In this document: positions 24,601 to 36,539 of the stretch, in pieces
How the letters are laid out: each line of letters opens with the position of its first letter
How positions within the stretch are numbered: the first letter of the stretch is position 1
Assembly: GCA_965235115.1 (NCBI GenBank)
Contig: OZ249436.1
Location: forward strand, 5,024,001 to 5,088,000
Length of the DNA stretch: 64,000 nucleotides
Reading direction: 5' to 3'
Source: Laetmonice hystrix
Taxonomy: Eukaryota
Notes under the pieces: generated by a model
Databases searched by the model: none
What the model was told of the DNA's origin: nothing
The model's input: the letters and a program-made list of their open reading frames with translations, nothing else
Program-made: the position numbers and the translations under genes

Positions 24601-27600
24601 ATTAGAATCCCTTGATGCAAGTTTCAGATCGCAACAATCCATAATTTATAACATTCCCAGTAGAGGGCATAGATTAACACAAAGCATGGTTTGTTCGATT
24701 GTGACAGGTAGCCTGTAAGCCAAATACAACCCCTTCTCAAGCCTATCAAGACTGGATCCTTAAAGGCTACGTATGTGACACCATGGCCACCACTGGCAAG
24801 GTCAGGCAAAGATGGGGCACAAAATGCATTTTGTTTGAAAGTCAAACCTTAATGCAACGCACTGATACGTCTGGGAAATGAACACAGGCAACTGCTTTTA
24901 CAAGAGGTTCTAGGTGAAAGACTGACTTTGTGTGACCCTGCGAAAAGGTGCAATCAATGCTACGTTACCACTACGTAAAACCCAACCTCCTCACCTGCTG
25001 GGTCTGTGTTGCATTCCTCATTTCGAAAACTACTCACTAAAATGAAAAGGTATTTTTATCATGAGTTACCCCATCAGAACTTGCCTCAAGAGGGTCGCCC
25101 CTGAGTTCAGGAGAGATAATAGGTTTTTAGTTGATTTTGGAATCGATGCTAAGAGAGGATAATGATTTTTAAATTTCTGAATAATCCCTTGTATCATATA
25201 TGGGGCAACTACAGTCAGAAATATAGCACGAGCTAGAGCACATGTATTATGGATTCCAACCAGGAGGCCAGAGCAAAGTCTGGGTTGGTGTTGGTGAAGC
25301 TGAAGAGTGTGACTACCAGTAAGTTTTTGTTCTCACATCAGTGGGATCTAAAGGAATGTATAGTGTTGTAGACAACCAAGGAAAGGCTCTGTTTCCATGT
25401 CATTGTTACTGCTGTCCCGTTAGCTTGAGCTTGACATGGGGTGGATTTTACCGAGCCTTGGTCAACCATATTCATTCCAGCTCCAGTGCCATTTGGTATG
25501 GTTCACTGAATCTAGATGAAACCTGTACTCGGTAAGGAAACAGTCCGGGTGTAACTGGAATGACTGTCCAGCCTGTTAATAGTGCTATAGGAAATGAGCA
25601 CTACCAGAACCAGCTGATCTGGAGGATCTGTATTACGTGTTCATACATCCCTCAACACATTTTGTAGAAACCACAATTGAACCACTCCTGAATGAGTCCA
25701 TGTCTGTGTATATAAAGAGTCTTACCATCAGCAGTGGAGGGTAACAAGGTCTGTATGATTTGCGATTGTCCCAGCTCATTTTTATAGAGGAAGGATTGGA
25801 AGCAGTAGAGTACAGCGCATCTCAGCACAAACGGTTGGTTCTCGTTGACCATCGACATCAGTAGCACAACTATTGCTATCCTAAACAACACAACCAGAAA
25901 AGCTTTTTTCAGTTAGCATTGCTGTAATCTCCACCACTCGACAGACATGGCAGATATCTATATAATCTAAGCTTAAATCTTTTCTGTGAATCCCTTACAT
26001 TCACATATCCATGTTTTGGTTGAAAGTCTATGATAACAGTCCGGTCGCCATTCCTTCACCTTATGTCAACGAAAGCAGCTCACTTCATCTTGCAAACAGT
26101 GTACCAACTATCTCACCTAGGTGGGTTGGAGGGTGCCATGACCGATGCAAAGTACTCCTGGTTACCATGATTCCCGCGGATCACCTCTGACACTGTATTA
26201 ATGGACTGAAAAGCAAAGATATTTGCTAATATGCTTCTATAAAAGTCCTGCATAGTTTGACCACTGATAGGCGAAAATAAACTAAATGGAAAGGTTACCA
26301 TACGACCCATACTCGGAGTAGTCCAATGGAAGTACAGGATACCAGGCCATCAGAAATACATGGGACGGACTAACTTCAAATGTAAGTTAACATCATGATT
26401 TTAAAGTGCATCAGTAAAAAAAAGTTTGAAAATTACTGTCGGCCTACCTCTGACAGAACATCGGCAGGTACTCCAGTGGCCATCAGGATCACACTTAACT
26501 GTTGAAGCAAACCTAGTCACAAAACAATATTGTACATTATTTCTCATTTTCCAGCCCTTTCTTACCTACTTCCTTGTAAACAAGTGTTTTGACCAATACT
26601 ATCGGTACACCATTTTGAAATGTATCACATGTGCCAAAATATAATATTTATCAGATTTGTTTCCCGTCCCAAGACAAATGCATTAAGCATACTTTATTGC
26701 TTCTGATTGTGGTCAGATTCCACTAGAGGCAAAGTATCAGAGTTTATGCTTTCCTGCCCATACATACCACAGCTATTCATAACTTTCTGACATGCTACAG
26801 TCTGCTGCTGAGGGTTGCCAGGGGAGACCAATGTTCTCACCAACTGCAATAAGATAAAAAAAATTATTCATTAAAAAACAGAAAAACTTACTTCAAGTTA
26901 CTAAAACTTTTATAATTTTGTTATTTATAAACAGACCTTAAAAGATTTAACTAGAATTAACCATTTTATCACTATGAATAATATTAAAATGTAAATAAAA
27001 TAAACATCAAAAGTCACTACATTAAATTTATGTCTCCAGAAACCAGAACATTTTTATCTTGGATATGATTGTCAACAATCCATTCACACCTTAATGGTAA
27101 AATCAAACACAAAATCATGGAATTATTGATACGGATCCATCTCATCTCAATAAATGGAATTAAACAATGAGGCATCTTGATAGTTAGAGCAAACTCTAGC
27201 AAATGTTCTCAAAAGTCTTCATGGTAAATGTTATTATTACACATTTTAAAATGGCACATTTGAAAGTAATATAAAACTAGGAGACAATGTATGCGTACAG
27301 ATAAACAAGGCCGTCAATCTAAACGAACAATGGTCCTTCACCCCCCCCCCCCCATTCATCCTCTCATACATACAGGGACATATTCATTAACTTTCACACA
27401 TCATTCTCATTCGCCATTCTGTTATGTCCCTTGTTGTTTTGCATCAACTCAAGCCAATATCCACAGAAACAACACATGGCAATGACAGCAACCACGATTA
27501 CATCACACTGTAACAATCGTCCGAGATATACATCAACTCTACCACTACATTATCTTGCACAAGGAGAGGCAAATACATTTGAAATAATCCACTTAAAAGC

Positions 27601-30600
27601 ATTTTCGTACAAATTCTCTGACCACATGGTGAAATATGGGTGGTTGTGAGTGTAATAGGATTCTGATCCGTTCAAAATTATTTAAAATTCGATGAAAAAA
27701 AAATTAATGATAAAAAGTTTCTTATACATGCTGCCGGCCCTGTAAAATGTAAACGGCAAACTATCCTTTTTTATGCCAAAAAGCGAGGTTCAATCAAAGA
27801 CTGTCTTTCGGACCACTGACCAGACAACAAACACCTTCAAAAACAGGAATCAGCCATCCAGTATTGTTTCTGAAGTGGTGAAGGATTTGAACCACATCAC
27901 TGCACTAATCTGAGCTACAGTCCAAGAAAAGTTTCAAAAATAAAACTTTCAAAATGGGAATCATTTCCAGACCTGGAATGCACTGGGTCAAAAACCTAAT
28001 TTCTGGGAACCTCGAGTTCATTCTACCATTGTCATTACTAACCTGTAGGTCAGGACAACATCCCATGCTTTAATTATACAAGACCAATCTAACAGTTTGT
28101 CACTAATACGATATGAATCAGAACAACATCAGACCTTAACCACAATCAGATCCTCACAAAAGTTAACATCAGATCCAGAAACAGCAAATCTATAGACTTG
28201 TCGACAATGTGAACGCTGGATCCCAGTACGTCGCCATTTAACTTAGCTGGTATACCTACCCTGCTATAGTGGGCACCTGTACAGCTCTTATTGCAAGACC
28301 ACAAACCGATACTACCCTCTCTGGGCCTGAGTGAGGCGAGCAATGCTAGCTGCTGTGACGTGTGCAAACAGGGAAAGCTGGCGCTGGGCAGAACAAAAGC
28401 TGCACACATTTCTTATGCCCCAACTGACAGGACATGGTGCATGCTTGCAAAACACTGCGTTCAAACTCTTCCTTGTGAAAATCTGTCGTCATAGTTTTCA
28501 TAACAGAAAGGAACCTTATTACCATTGCCGTACGATTAAAAGCAGGTTCTCGCAGGTTTTGCATGCATTCATTCAGGTGAATTCTGGCCAACGACAAAAT
28601 AAGAATAAAACTGACTGATAGTTAAATAAAAAACTACTAAACTATATTACTATTTGTCAAAAACAAACAAACAAAACATGCATATCTTCTTCTAAATGTA
28701 AGCGGCAATTGGACTGCATCTGACCCAAAATTTAAACAGGTTGACATTTGATGCTAACAATCTCACAAATGGAGAAACTAAAATACAGTCAAACTGCATT
28801 AAGCTTCACCTAATAACATAATAAACCATAAATGTTTTAGTGAAACCAAATGGTGGTGTCCGAGCCCACACAGCAACAGCTCAGATGTAACAACTCAAAA
28901 ACAAACTTCAGTATGTACAGCATTCACTCAGCAAACATCACAAGGAATCAGAGCACAACACAGTTTCGTAGCAGATGCCTATTAAATACATATTTTTCTG
29001 AGGGACAATTACAACCTCTAAGTTCTTAACAGCGTGATGGCTTCAATTCAACACTCCATCATGAAAAAGGAAAACAAGAGGAGAAATAAAGACTAGTACA
29101 AACAAGAATTTTCATTTCATGTGTACCTTATTCACAGGGCAAACATTTTCAACATACATAGTCCTATATACTGTAAACCAAGAGTACATTGCATCAGATA
29201 GAAGTTTTGTGAAAATCTATGCAGAGATAACTAGGAGGAAACATCCAGAAGGAAGAGATTTTCACTGCCAATGCAGGAAACTAATGAAGGCATGTCACTC
29301 TCACTGATAAAATATACCAACAAAACCAAACATAACCTAAATAAAAAACTATTTTCAAATAAAATAAATATAAATGTTAATCATTTCACTGACAAACAAG
29401 GCCTGAATGCATCTGAGATCCCAAGTCCATCCTTTTTTTTGCCGACAGCTAGGTGCTAGCACTCACTTGCAGCATAAGGTGAATGTTGGTAACTTTTTGT
29501 GCTGACCAGCCTCCCTGTGGACTCTTGTCTGCAGGCTGCAGTTCAAAGTAGGGTGGCAAACGTTGAATGAAGCTGCCCTCCTTGAAGAAGTTCTGATTGG
29601 AGGAATTGTTCTTCAAAAGGTTCAGCATTAAAAGTAAGCAATCCTCAACTACAATACCTGAAAAGAAAACCAAATGGTCCTCAACGTCATTTATAGCAAT
29701 CATAGTTTCAAGTCATTTTTGGAGTCATTTATTCTATTTTGTATGTACATATACTAGCTTGTGGATATTCAGGACTTGTGTGATGTATTTCCCAGGGATT
29801 TACAGCAGGGTGGAACACAAAAAAAAAGAGTGAATTATTTCACTTTTACATTAGAGTGGGCCAGAACCTCTTTACCTCCGTCACTGTTGCCTTCCTCCAT
29901 TATGATATCCAAGAGACGTTCAAAGGCATTTTCAAATGCAACAATCTTCTGGATGTTAGCATTACCCTTGGTCAGCTGAATTAGTAGCAGCAAGCCCTGC
30001 AACACATAAACAAAAGAAAATTTATGTTGCACATAGGTCGTAGAACTTAAAAAAAAAACATAAACGGGGACACTACACAGTATGTTAGGGGTTTGGCAAC
30101 TCAGAGTTGCAAACTCCCTACTCTGACAGAAAATCCCCTTGGTGGTCCTTCGTTTCTGTCAGCCAGTCCCATCTGAACTTGTTTTTCACACTCTTGTCTA
30201 TTGCAGCAATGTCTCAGGTCCTGTCAACAAATGCTGCCATATGGGCACGCGGAACTCCTCACTACCTCAATTTGTAGCACTCTCTCAGAGTCTGATTGAC
30301 ACCGTTACTGTAGCCAAGGATTTACCTTTAACACACCAATAACAGGTGGTCACTTGAAGTTGATCAGATAACGTAGTGTGAATACTTGAAAGTACAATCT
30401 TCTGACTTGACTAAAGTTTGGACATTACATGGCAGACTGATGGGAATAGTTAACGCAACGTCTGTGTGATTACACTAACTAGCGGTAAAACACTATGCTA
30501 TACAGATCCATGATAGAACAGCCATGCTGACGGCGCACTATACAACTGTAGGTAACATATTTCGCAAATCTGGTGGAAATCAAGCTAACTTCTGTATAAT

Positions 30601-33600
30601 TTTTTAAGTTTTTCACCGATTGCAACTTCATGAATGATTTTAAAGGGACCTTGAAAACAATATCACCATGTCAAGGTATACTTGAAGTACAGGAACATAA
30701 GTTTTCTAAGTACGCGTACTATTATTTAAAAAAATTATTTTTATTGGGAAGGAGTTAAAAAAATGGAATTCCATTCAAAAGTGGAAGAGTGGCATCTCTG
30801 TTTATATCTCTGTCTCCCAAGGTCATTTATGCAAAGAGATACATGGACAGCACAAAAGGTAAGATTAGGGTGTCCATCATTGTAAACAAACTTACATCAT
30901 TGCGAATGATCTCTCTGCTGTCAGAGAGAAGGTCCATTAGTTTGGAGACTCCCATGGGGCTCACGAGGATTGCCTCCTGTAAATCACGTCCCATGTTCAC
31001 CAGTAAGATTGTCAACAACTTCACCGTTGGCCAACGTACATGAAAGTCATATTCCTGCAATTAAATCAACTGACAATGAACATGGGAACAATGAGAAATC
31101 TTGAGATATAAAAGGAAATTTTTAAAAAGTCAGAAAACTTTTCTGGGATGATGATTAAAACTATCATATTCACCATTGGGATTTTTCCAATTTTAGCATA
31201 TAGAATTCATGAAATATGTATAAAGGAAAAAAAATATCAAACCTCAAGAAGTGACAGCAGAATAGCCACATTGTCATTTGTTTTGATGAATCTCTCAGAA
31301 AATTGGCTTCCGAGATCATCGGGCATTGTACTCAGGGTTCCTTCATCTGGAAAGTCATTTCCATTACTGACCACATGCTCAACCAATGACAGTTTTGTCT
31401 TAATCACAAATTTAAAGTCACAAGTTTTCTTCCTTACTGGTGTATAAGGTAACAAAATTATTGGCACCACTCTAAAGGAAAGACTAATTTTTATTTCGAT
31501 TTTTTTTTTATATTTGGCGAATTCTTTGAAAAAAAAAAAGGTTGACTCTATAGTTTTACCGTCGATCAAAAACAATGCCACCTTACCATCTTCCGGGGGT
31601 TCGTTTGACATAACATTGCACAGGGTTTCAATGGCATAACCCAATATCTCTGTGTCTCCTCTGAAATAACATCAATATCCATTTTCTCAATTTTAACACA
31701 CATAAATTTATCTGCTTACCGAGTTATTCTCTAAAATTGTATAATGGTGACTATTGGACAGGATTGCTATGTTTATCACTCTACTTATCACAACCCTCTA
31801 CATCACAATAAGAATTTTCTTTCAAAAATTGGACAAATTTCATAAGGTCTTTACCACGTGACTAGGAACAAATTAATAATACGTATTAATGTTGCTTTGA
31901 AACTCTGAAATTTATGTCAACTGAAATCTTTGACTGCTAATCTTCTGAAAAATAACCAAGCCACTTTTTGAGGTTTGACCTTGCAATGGTTTTCTTATCT
32001 AATATTTGTAACTTTCTCACCTGTCTGTCTGTAACACATGGGTGAGGATGTCCATGGCCTGGCTGCCCACCTCCTCCCGGAATTTCTGCAAGTAAATAAT
32101 GTAAAATAAAATAATGGATAAAACATAATATTTCTCTGCAAAAATGAAAAAATAATGACATCATGTTCCTGATTCAGCTGCAACCACTTTTAAGCACTTG
32201 AGGCTCATCCCTATTGTGCATTTTTAGTACATAGAGGTCTGCAAAACACATGTTCTTACCTTAGAAAGTGATTTGAGAGCTCGAACTGCATCTCTCCTGT
32301 CTTCAAGTAATGTAGATGACTGGACACGATCACACAGGCGCTTGATCTGCATGAACAACAGCAACTTGTGTAGCCATTTTTGTATTTGTGAGCCCATCAG
32401 AAATAAATTTTGTTCTAAAAACACAATGTCTAGTCCAGCTAGCTGTAGCTATGACTATGCTATAGTCCCAATCTTCAATATTTCACCAAAGGGCTGGTGT
32501 ACACAATAATTATTGTGGGCAACACACAATTTAAAACTCTATTCAAAATTTATGTCAGAGGATGAATATGAATGAGGGGCAGGCCTCGAATTACACGACG
32601 GCATCGACGGCAATTGCCGTGGTGCCCCTTCCATTTGCTGTGGTGCCCTCCTATTTTTTGCCCCATCGACGGCAGTCCAGTGCCGTGGTGCCCTTTTCCC
32701 TTGCTACCATGTGCCCTTCAGCTGTAACCAGCCATCGCCAAATCATTCCTGACATCGATCCCCTCGTGATCACCAACACCACTAACCTAAAGTGTGAAGG
32801 TTCCTTGTTTTACTGTTAAGCCAGACATGCGAGGTTTGGTTTTGAAGAAGTAAATTTGCCGTGGTGCCCTTCTAAACTTGTTGAAAATGCCGTGGTGCCC
32901 TCCTTTAAACAAGGCCCTCGACGGCAATTTTTGCCGTGCCCCTTTTAACTTCTAATTCGAGGCCTGGAGGGGTGTGAAGGATTGTTTGTTTAGATGGCTG
33001 GCCTTGTTTATCTGTACGCATACACTGTCTCAGTTTTCAAACGTGCCATTTTTAAATGTGTAATAACAACCCAGTCGGAGATATTATACTTAGCAGTGGT
33101 GCGCTAACCGTTCAAGTGGTGCACGACAATAATAACTGAAGGATCATCAGCCCCCCTGAGAGGAACAACGCCGGGGCTGATCGTATTGGCTAGGGCAGAT
33201 CCAGCTTTTTGAAAAGCGGGGTCCAATATGTTATAATTACAGGCCTCGAATTACAAGTTAAAAGGGGCACGGCAAAAATTGCCGTCGAGGGCCTTGTTAA
33301 AAGAAGGGCACCACAGCATTTTCAATTTACTTCTCCAGGGAGGGGCACCAAGGCATTTACAATTAAATCTGAATCTGCGAATGTCAATGTCTTGGAAAGT
33401 GATCCTGAAGTGATTTAACGAGGTTGAATATAGAATATCTAAACTTTAAGGTTTTAAGCTTTTAGAAAGTCGGGTTATTAAGATTGTTAGACAGTGGGGT
33501 GTCATCTGGCGTGCGTCCACAGAAAGGCACATAACAGCAAGGGAAAAGGGCATCACGGCACTGGACTGCTGTCGATGATGCAAAGAATTGGAGGGCACCA

Positions 33601-34394
33601 TAGCAAAAGGAAAGGGCACGACGGCAATTGCCGTCGATGCCGTCGTGTAATTCGAGGCCTGTAATTACGACGCATAATGACATGACGTGAAGTGAGAATA
33701 TGGTTCATGTGCAGGGGTCTGGGGGTCCTGCCCCAAAAAATATTTGAATTTAGAAGTTTCTCAAAGCATTCAGGCCTAGCTAGCCTACCAATAACATGCC
33801 CAGGGGGTAGGGGGACGGGTCCTCCCCAGAAAATTTCTGAATTATCAATTTAGAACTAGAATTAGTAGAAGAAGGCAAAACAAATGTCAGTACAGCCACA
33901 GGCCTCATCTAACATGAAAAGGACCACTGCCACTGTCTCAGACTCAGTCTGTAATCCAAAAAGGCCTTTAGTTTTAAAGGCCAAAGGGGGCGGGGTCCGG
34001 ACCCCCTGCCCTGGACCCCCCCCCCCCCCCGATCTGCCCCTTCACACTTACAGTCATTAACTTATTAAGTCAGTGACTGACTCAGTGACTGGCTTCAGGC
34101 TCAGTGACTGTGGCCAGGCCAGTCCGGGTGGCTGAGGCTGAGGCTGAGCCTGCTGCTGTGGCTGTGCCAGTGACAGTAACACTCAGTGACAGACAGTGTC
34201 AGTGTGCGCGACTCGAGTACCCGGTCGAGGGGTCCATTACAGATGTTCGAATAATTCCGCAAGTATCCTTTCAATTTTTACATTCTTGCGCCTGTGAAAG
34301 CATTATCAAGTGTTTCATTTATTCTTACCGTTTCTGCGCCCGTAGGTGTTGTACCATCCTGCTGTGCACCTAAATACTTGCGAAAATAGTCCAT
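18686..34394 (-). CDS. USO1: General vesicular transport factor p115 (about 959 aa)
   Basis: 23 exons: 34394-34329, 32346-32260, 32085-32021, 31660-31587, 31346-31243, 31054-30896, 29996-29876, 29657-29467, 26843-26768, 26512-26448, 26205-26117, 25880-25726, 23637-23432, 22900-22787, 22451-22330, 22000-21819, 21607-21492, 20359-20221, 20075-19984, 19884-19657, 19478-19263, 19066-18905, 18736-18686 (2880 nt, all phases consistent). Motifs RLCDRVQSSTLLEDRRDAVRALKSLSK, IQKIVAFENAFERL, QPFVLRCAVLYCFQ, GQLLCGGLFS, coiled coil, EQEDLLVLLADQD, acidic tail. Confidence 0.97.
20716..21392. mobile_element. pogo/Tigger-like (Tc1/mariner) MITE with TA TSD in USO1 intron
   Basis: TA-CCGTAATCTTCCGTGTATAAGCCGC ... 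GCGGCTTGTACACGGAAGATTACGG-TA; internal GGGGTGCGGCTTATAC subterminal repeats. Confidence 0.85.
22452..22786 (-). other. U12-type (minor spliceosome) GT-AG intron, USO1 intron 14
   Basis: Minus-strand donor GTATCCTTTC at 22786; branch site TTCCTTGAC (22469-22461) 9 nt from the intron end (ATGTTCAAG); no long polypyrimidine tract; splicing keeps frame NVPF|FISQV. Confidence 0.9.
22907..23185. repeat. Imperfect tandem repeat (about 27-45 bp units, ACATAACAAAACACAAAATGTATCATCACTTGGATT) at the 3' end of USO1 intron 13
   Basis: About 8 variably truncated copies starting a few bp from the exon 14 acceptor. Confidence 0.85.
32580..32966 (+). mobile_element. TIR element (CAGGCCTCGAATTA) with 6-bp TSD GAGGGG, copy 1
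   Basis: CAGGCCTCGAATTA ... TAATTCGAGGCCTG; GAGGGG at 32574-32579 and 32967-32972; internal GCCGTGGTGCCC repeats. Confidence 0.88.
33192..34041. mobile_element. Older GGGCAGATC...GATCTGCCCC element hosting a nested insertion
   Basis: AGGGCAGATCCAGC at 33192 and GATCTGCCCCT ending 34041 with poly-C/G subterminal tracts; interrupted by the element at 33240-33661. Confidence 0.6.
33240..33661 (-). mobile_element. TIR element (CAGGCCTCGAATTAC) with 6-bp TSD TAATTA, copy 2, inverted relative to copy 1
   Basis: CAGGCCTCGAATTAC ... GTAATTCGAGGCCTG; TAATTA at 33234-33239 and 33662-33667; both ends are reverse complements of the 32580-32966 element. Confidence 0.88.
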
Positions 34395-34423
34395 CTCCGC
34401 TTGTTGTCAGTCCCTGTATCCCT

Positions 34424-34460
34424 TGCGCATGCGCCCGCAACGTGGCATATCCCAGAATTC
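34424..34460. promoter_or_regulatory. USO1 proximal promoter motifs (NRF1-like, ZNF143-like)
   Basis: TGCGCATGCGC at 34424-34434 (NRF1 consensus), 30 bp upstream of the ATG; ATCCCAGAATTCA resembles the Staf/ZNF143 site. Confidence 0.5.
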
Positions 34461-34498
34461 AAGCTAACATTTCCTGATCCTGTCTGTGCACATGGCGC

Positions 34499-34563
34499 TA
34501 GTTTGGTTCCCTACCCCTAGGAGGCTACGCGTAGCCCTAGTGGAGAAAGTGGGAACCAAACTA
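34499..34563. mobile_element. 65-bp micro TIR element with 10-bp TSD CACATGGCGC
   Basis: TAGTTTGGTTCCC ... GGGAACCAAACTA; CACATGGCGC at 34489-34498 and 34564-34573. Confidence 0.8.
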
Positions 34564-34729
34564 CACATGGCGCCCGAAACTACAATAAAGCTGCCAAGTT
34601 TCTTTGTCATAATTTAGGCCCTACAGATGACCCCGCAAATTATAGCCAGGTTTACCTGGTAATTGTAGGCTATTTCACAGAATCTCAGAATTTCTGCAAT
34701 TAACTTTGGTTCTCTGTAGCCAGTGTAGG

Positions 34730-35427
34730 TACGGCAGCATTTTTTTAGTGCCACAATAAAAAAATTAAAATCTCGTAATTACGACTTTTTTTCTCGTAAT
34801 TACGACTTGTTTTCTCGTAATTACGACTTTTTTCTCGTAATTACGACTTTTTTTTCTCGTAATTACGACTTTTCAAAATCTCGTAATTACGACTTTTTCT
34901 CGTAATTACGACTTTTAAAATCTAGTAATTACGACTTTTTTTCTCGTAATTACGATTTCTTTTCTCGTAATTACGACTTTTCTTTTCTCGTAATCACGAC
35001 TTTTTTTCTCGTAATTACGACTGGCCTTATAGCCTACTCGAGCAAACACTACAGTGAGGGCTCCCAACATGTAGGCCTATCCTCTGGCCTTATATTCGAG
35101 CAAGCTCAGCACATGTAGGCTATACTGACTGGCCTACTCTAGCAAACACTACAGTGAGGGCTCTCTACATGTAATGGCTTGCCTTAGATTGGAGTAAAGC
35201 CTACAGTGGACTCATTCCAGCCAAGAAAATTCTAGATCCGTTAGTCCGGGCTCCCTACATGTATCGACTGGTCTTATACGAGAAGAAAAGTCGTAATTAC
35301 GAGAAGAAAAAGTCGCAATTACGAGAAAAAAGTCGTAATTACGAGATAAAAAGTCGTAATTACGAGAAAAAAAAGTCGTAATTACGAGATTACTATTTTT
35401 TTATTGTGGCACTAAAATGCTGCCGTA
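34730..35427. mobile_element. Foldback-like element with tandem subterminal arrays and 6-bp TSD TGTAGG
   Basis: TACGGCAGCAT(T)nAGTGCCACAATAAAAAA ... TTTTTATTGTGGCACTAAAATGCTGCCGTA; arrays of TCTCGTAATTACGAC(T)n on the left and the inverse on the right; TGTAGG at 34724-34729 and 35428-35433. Confidence 0.88.
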
Positions 35428-35674
35428 TGTAGGGGATGCGGTCAGAGACTGTCTGTAGGTGGTCATTTCCAGAAAAAAAACACCTTTTTTCTCAGGGACC
35501 CCCCCCCCCCCCCAAATATTCCCAGATCTGAATGTTATTGTATCGGTACTTTGTGTTTATGTTGCCAACATATTGAAGGTTTCCAGTAACGTGCCACGGG
35601 CTGTGACAAAAACTCTGTTAACAGTGTAGATCTCATCAAAGTTAGGATCGATCTCCCCCATGCTGCATATATTT

Positions 35675-36530
35675 TCGGGTGGATAAAAAAAAACGCCCCG
35701 AACTTTAAACTTCAATATTTCAAAAAGTAATGATTGTAATTCAATGAAATTTTTCTTCATATCACTTCATGATGTTGTCTCTTAGTTGTTAATGTTACAA
35801 GTCAATAGCTTGGATAATATTTCCGTGGGGCTAAAAACAAAAATCATTGTACAAAAGTGCAATGCCGGGCTAAAGCGAGTTGTAGTCGCACCCAGAGTGC
35901 CTGGCCTCACACTCGAGTAGGTGGTCAATCGGTCCCCCGTTTTCACTTCATACTGCTCTCAGTCTCTTTTTCCATGAGCCAATGCACTTCCTGATCTCTG
36001 ATAGGGAAATATATCTTCCCAACATTGGGAAATATGCAACGTTCTGAATGTGTTGCTAAACGTGATAATGATACGATTTCCCTTGAACTTCTGGTTACGG
36101 TCATATCGTCCTAATGTTGCAGTTTCTCTGTAGGGTTTGGCACATTAAACATCTGTTTTTCTCTAGAAGTACTAGGAATAGCACATAATTTATTATATCT
36201 AGTGGTCCACAACATTATACATATTGTAAAACATTCAAAAATTAAATAGTGAAAATGTTTTTACCCAAGGTACAACGCGGTGCATCAAACAGGTATCGAA
36301 TTGGACACCTGGCAGCTGCATGATATTTGACCTAATTCCGGCATTGCGTTTTTAGACACTGATTTTTGTTTTTAGCGCCACGGGATTAATATCAAAGGTA
36401 TTGAGCGGAAACTTTAACATACAAGAGATAATATCATGAAGTGATATTAAGAGAAATTTTATTGAATTATAATGCATAGTTTTTGAAATATTAAAGTTTA
36501 AAGTTCGGGGCGTTTTTTTTATCCACCATA
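35675..36530. mobile_element. Tc1/mariner-type MITE, copy 2 (same family and orientation as 112-969)
   Basis: Colinear with 112-969 along its full length with scattered substitutions; right end slightly eroded (ATCCACCATA). Confidence 0.85.
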
Positions 36531-36539
36531 TAGGCCATA

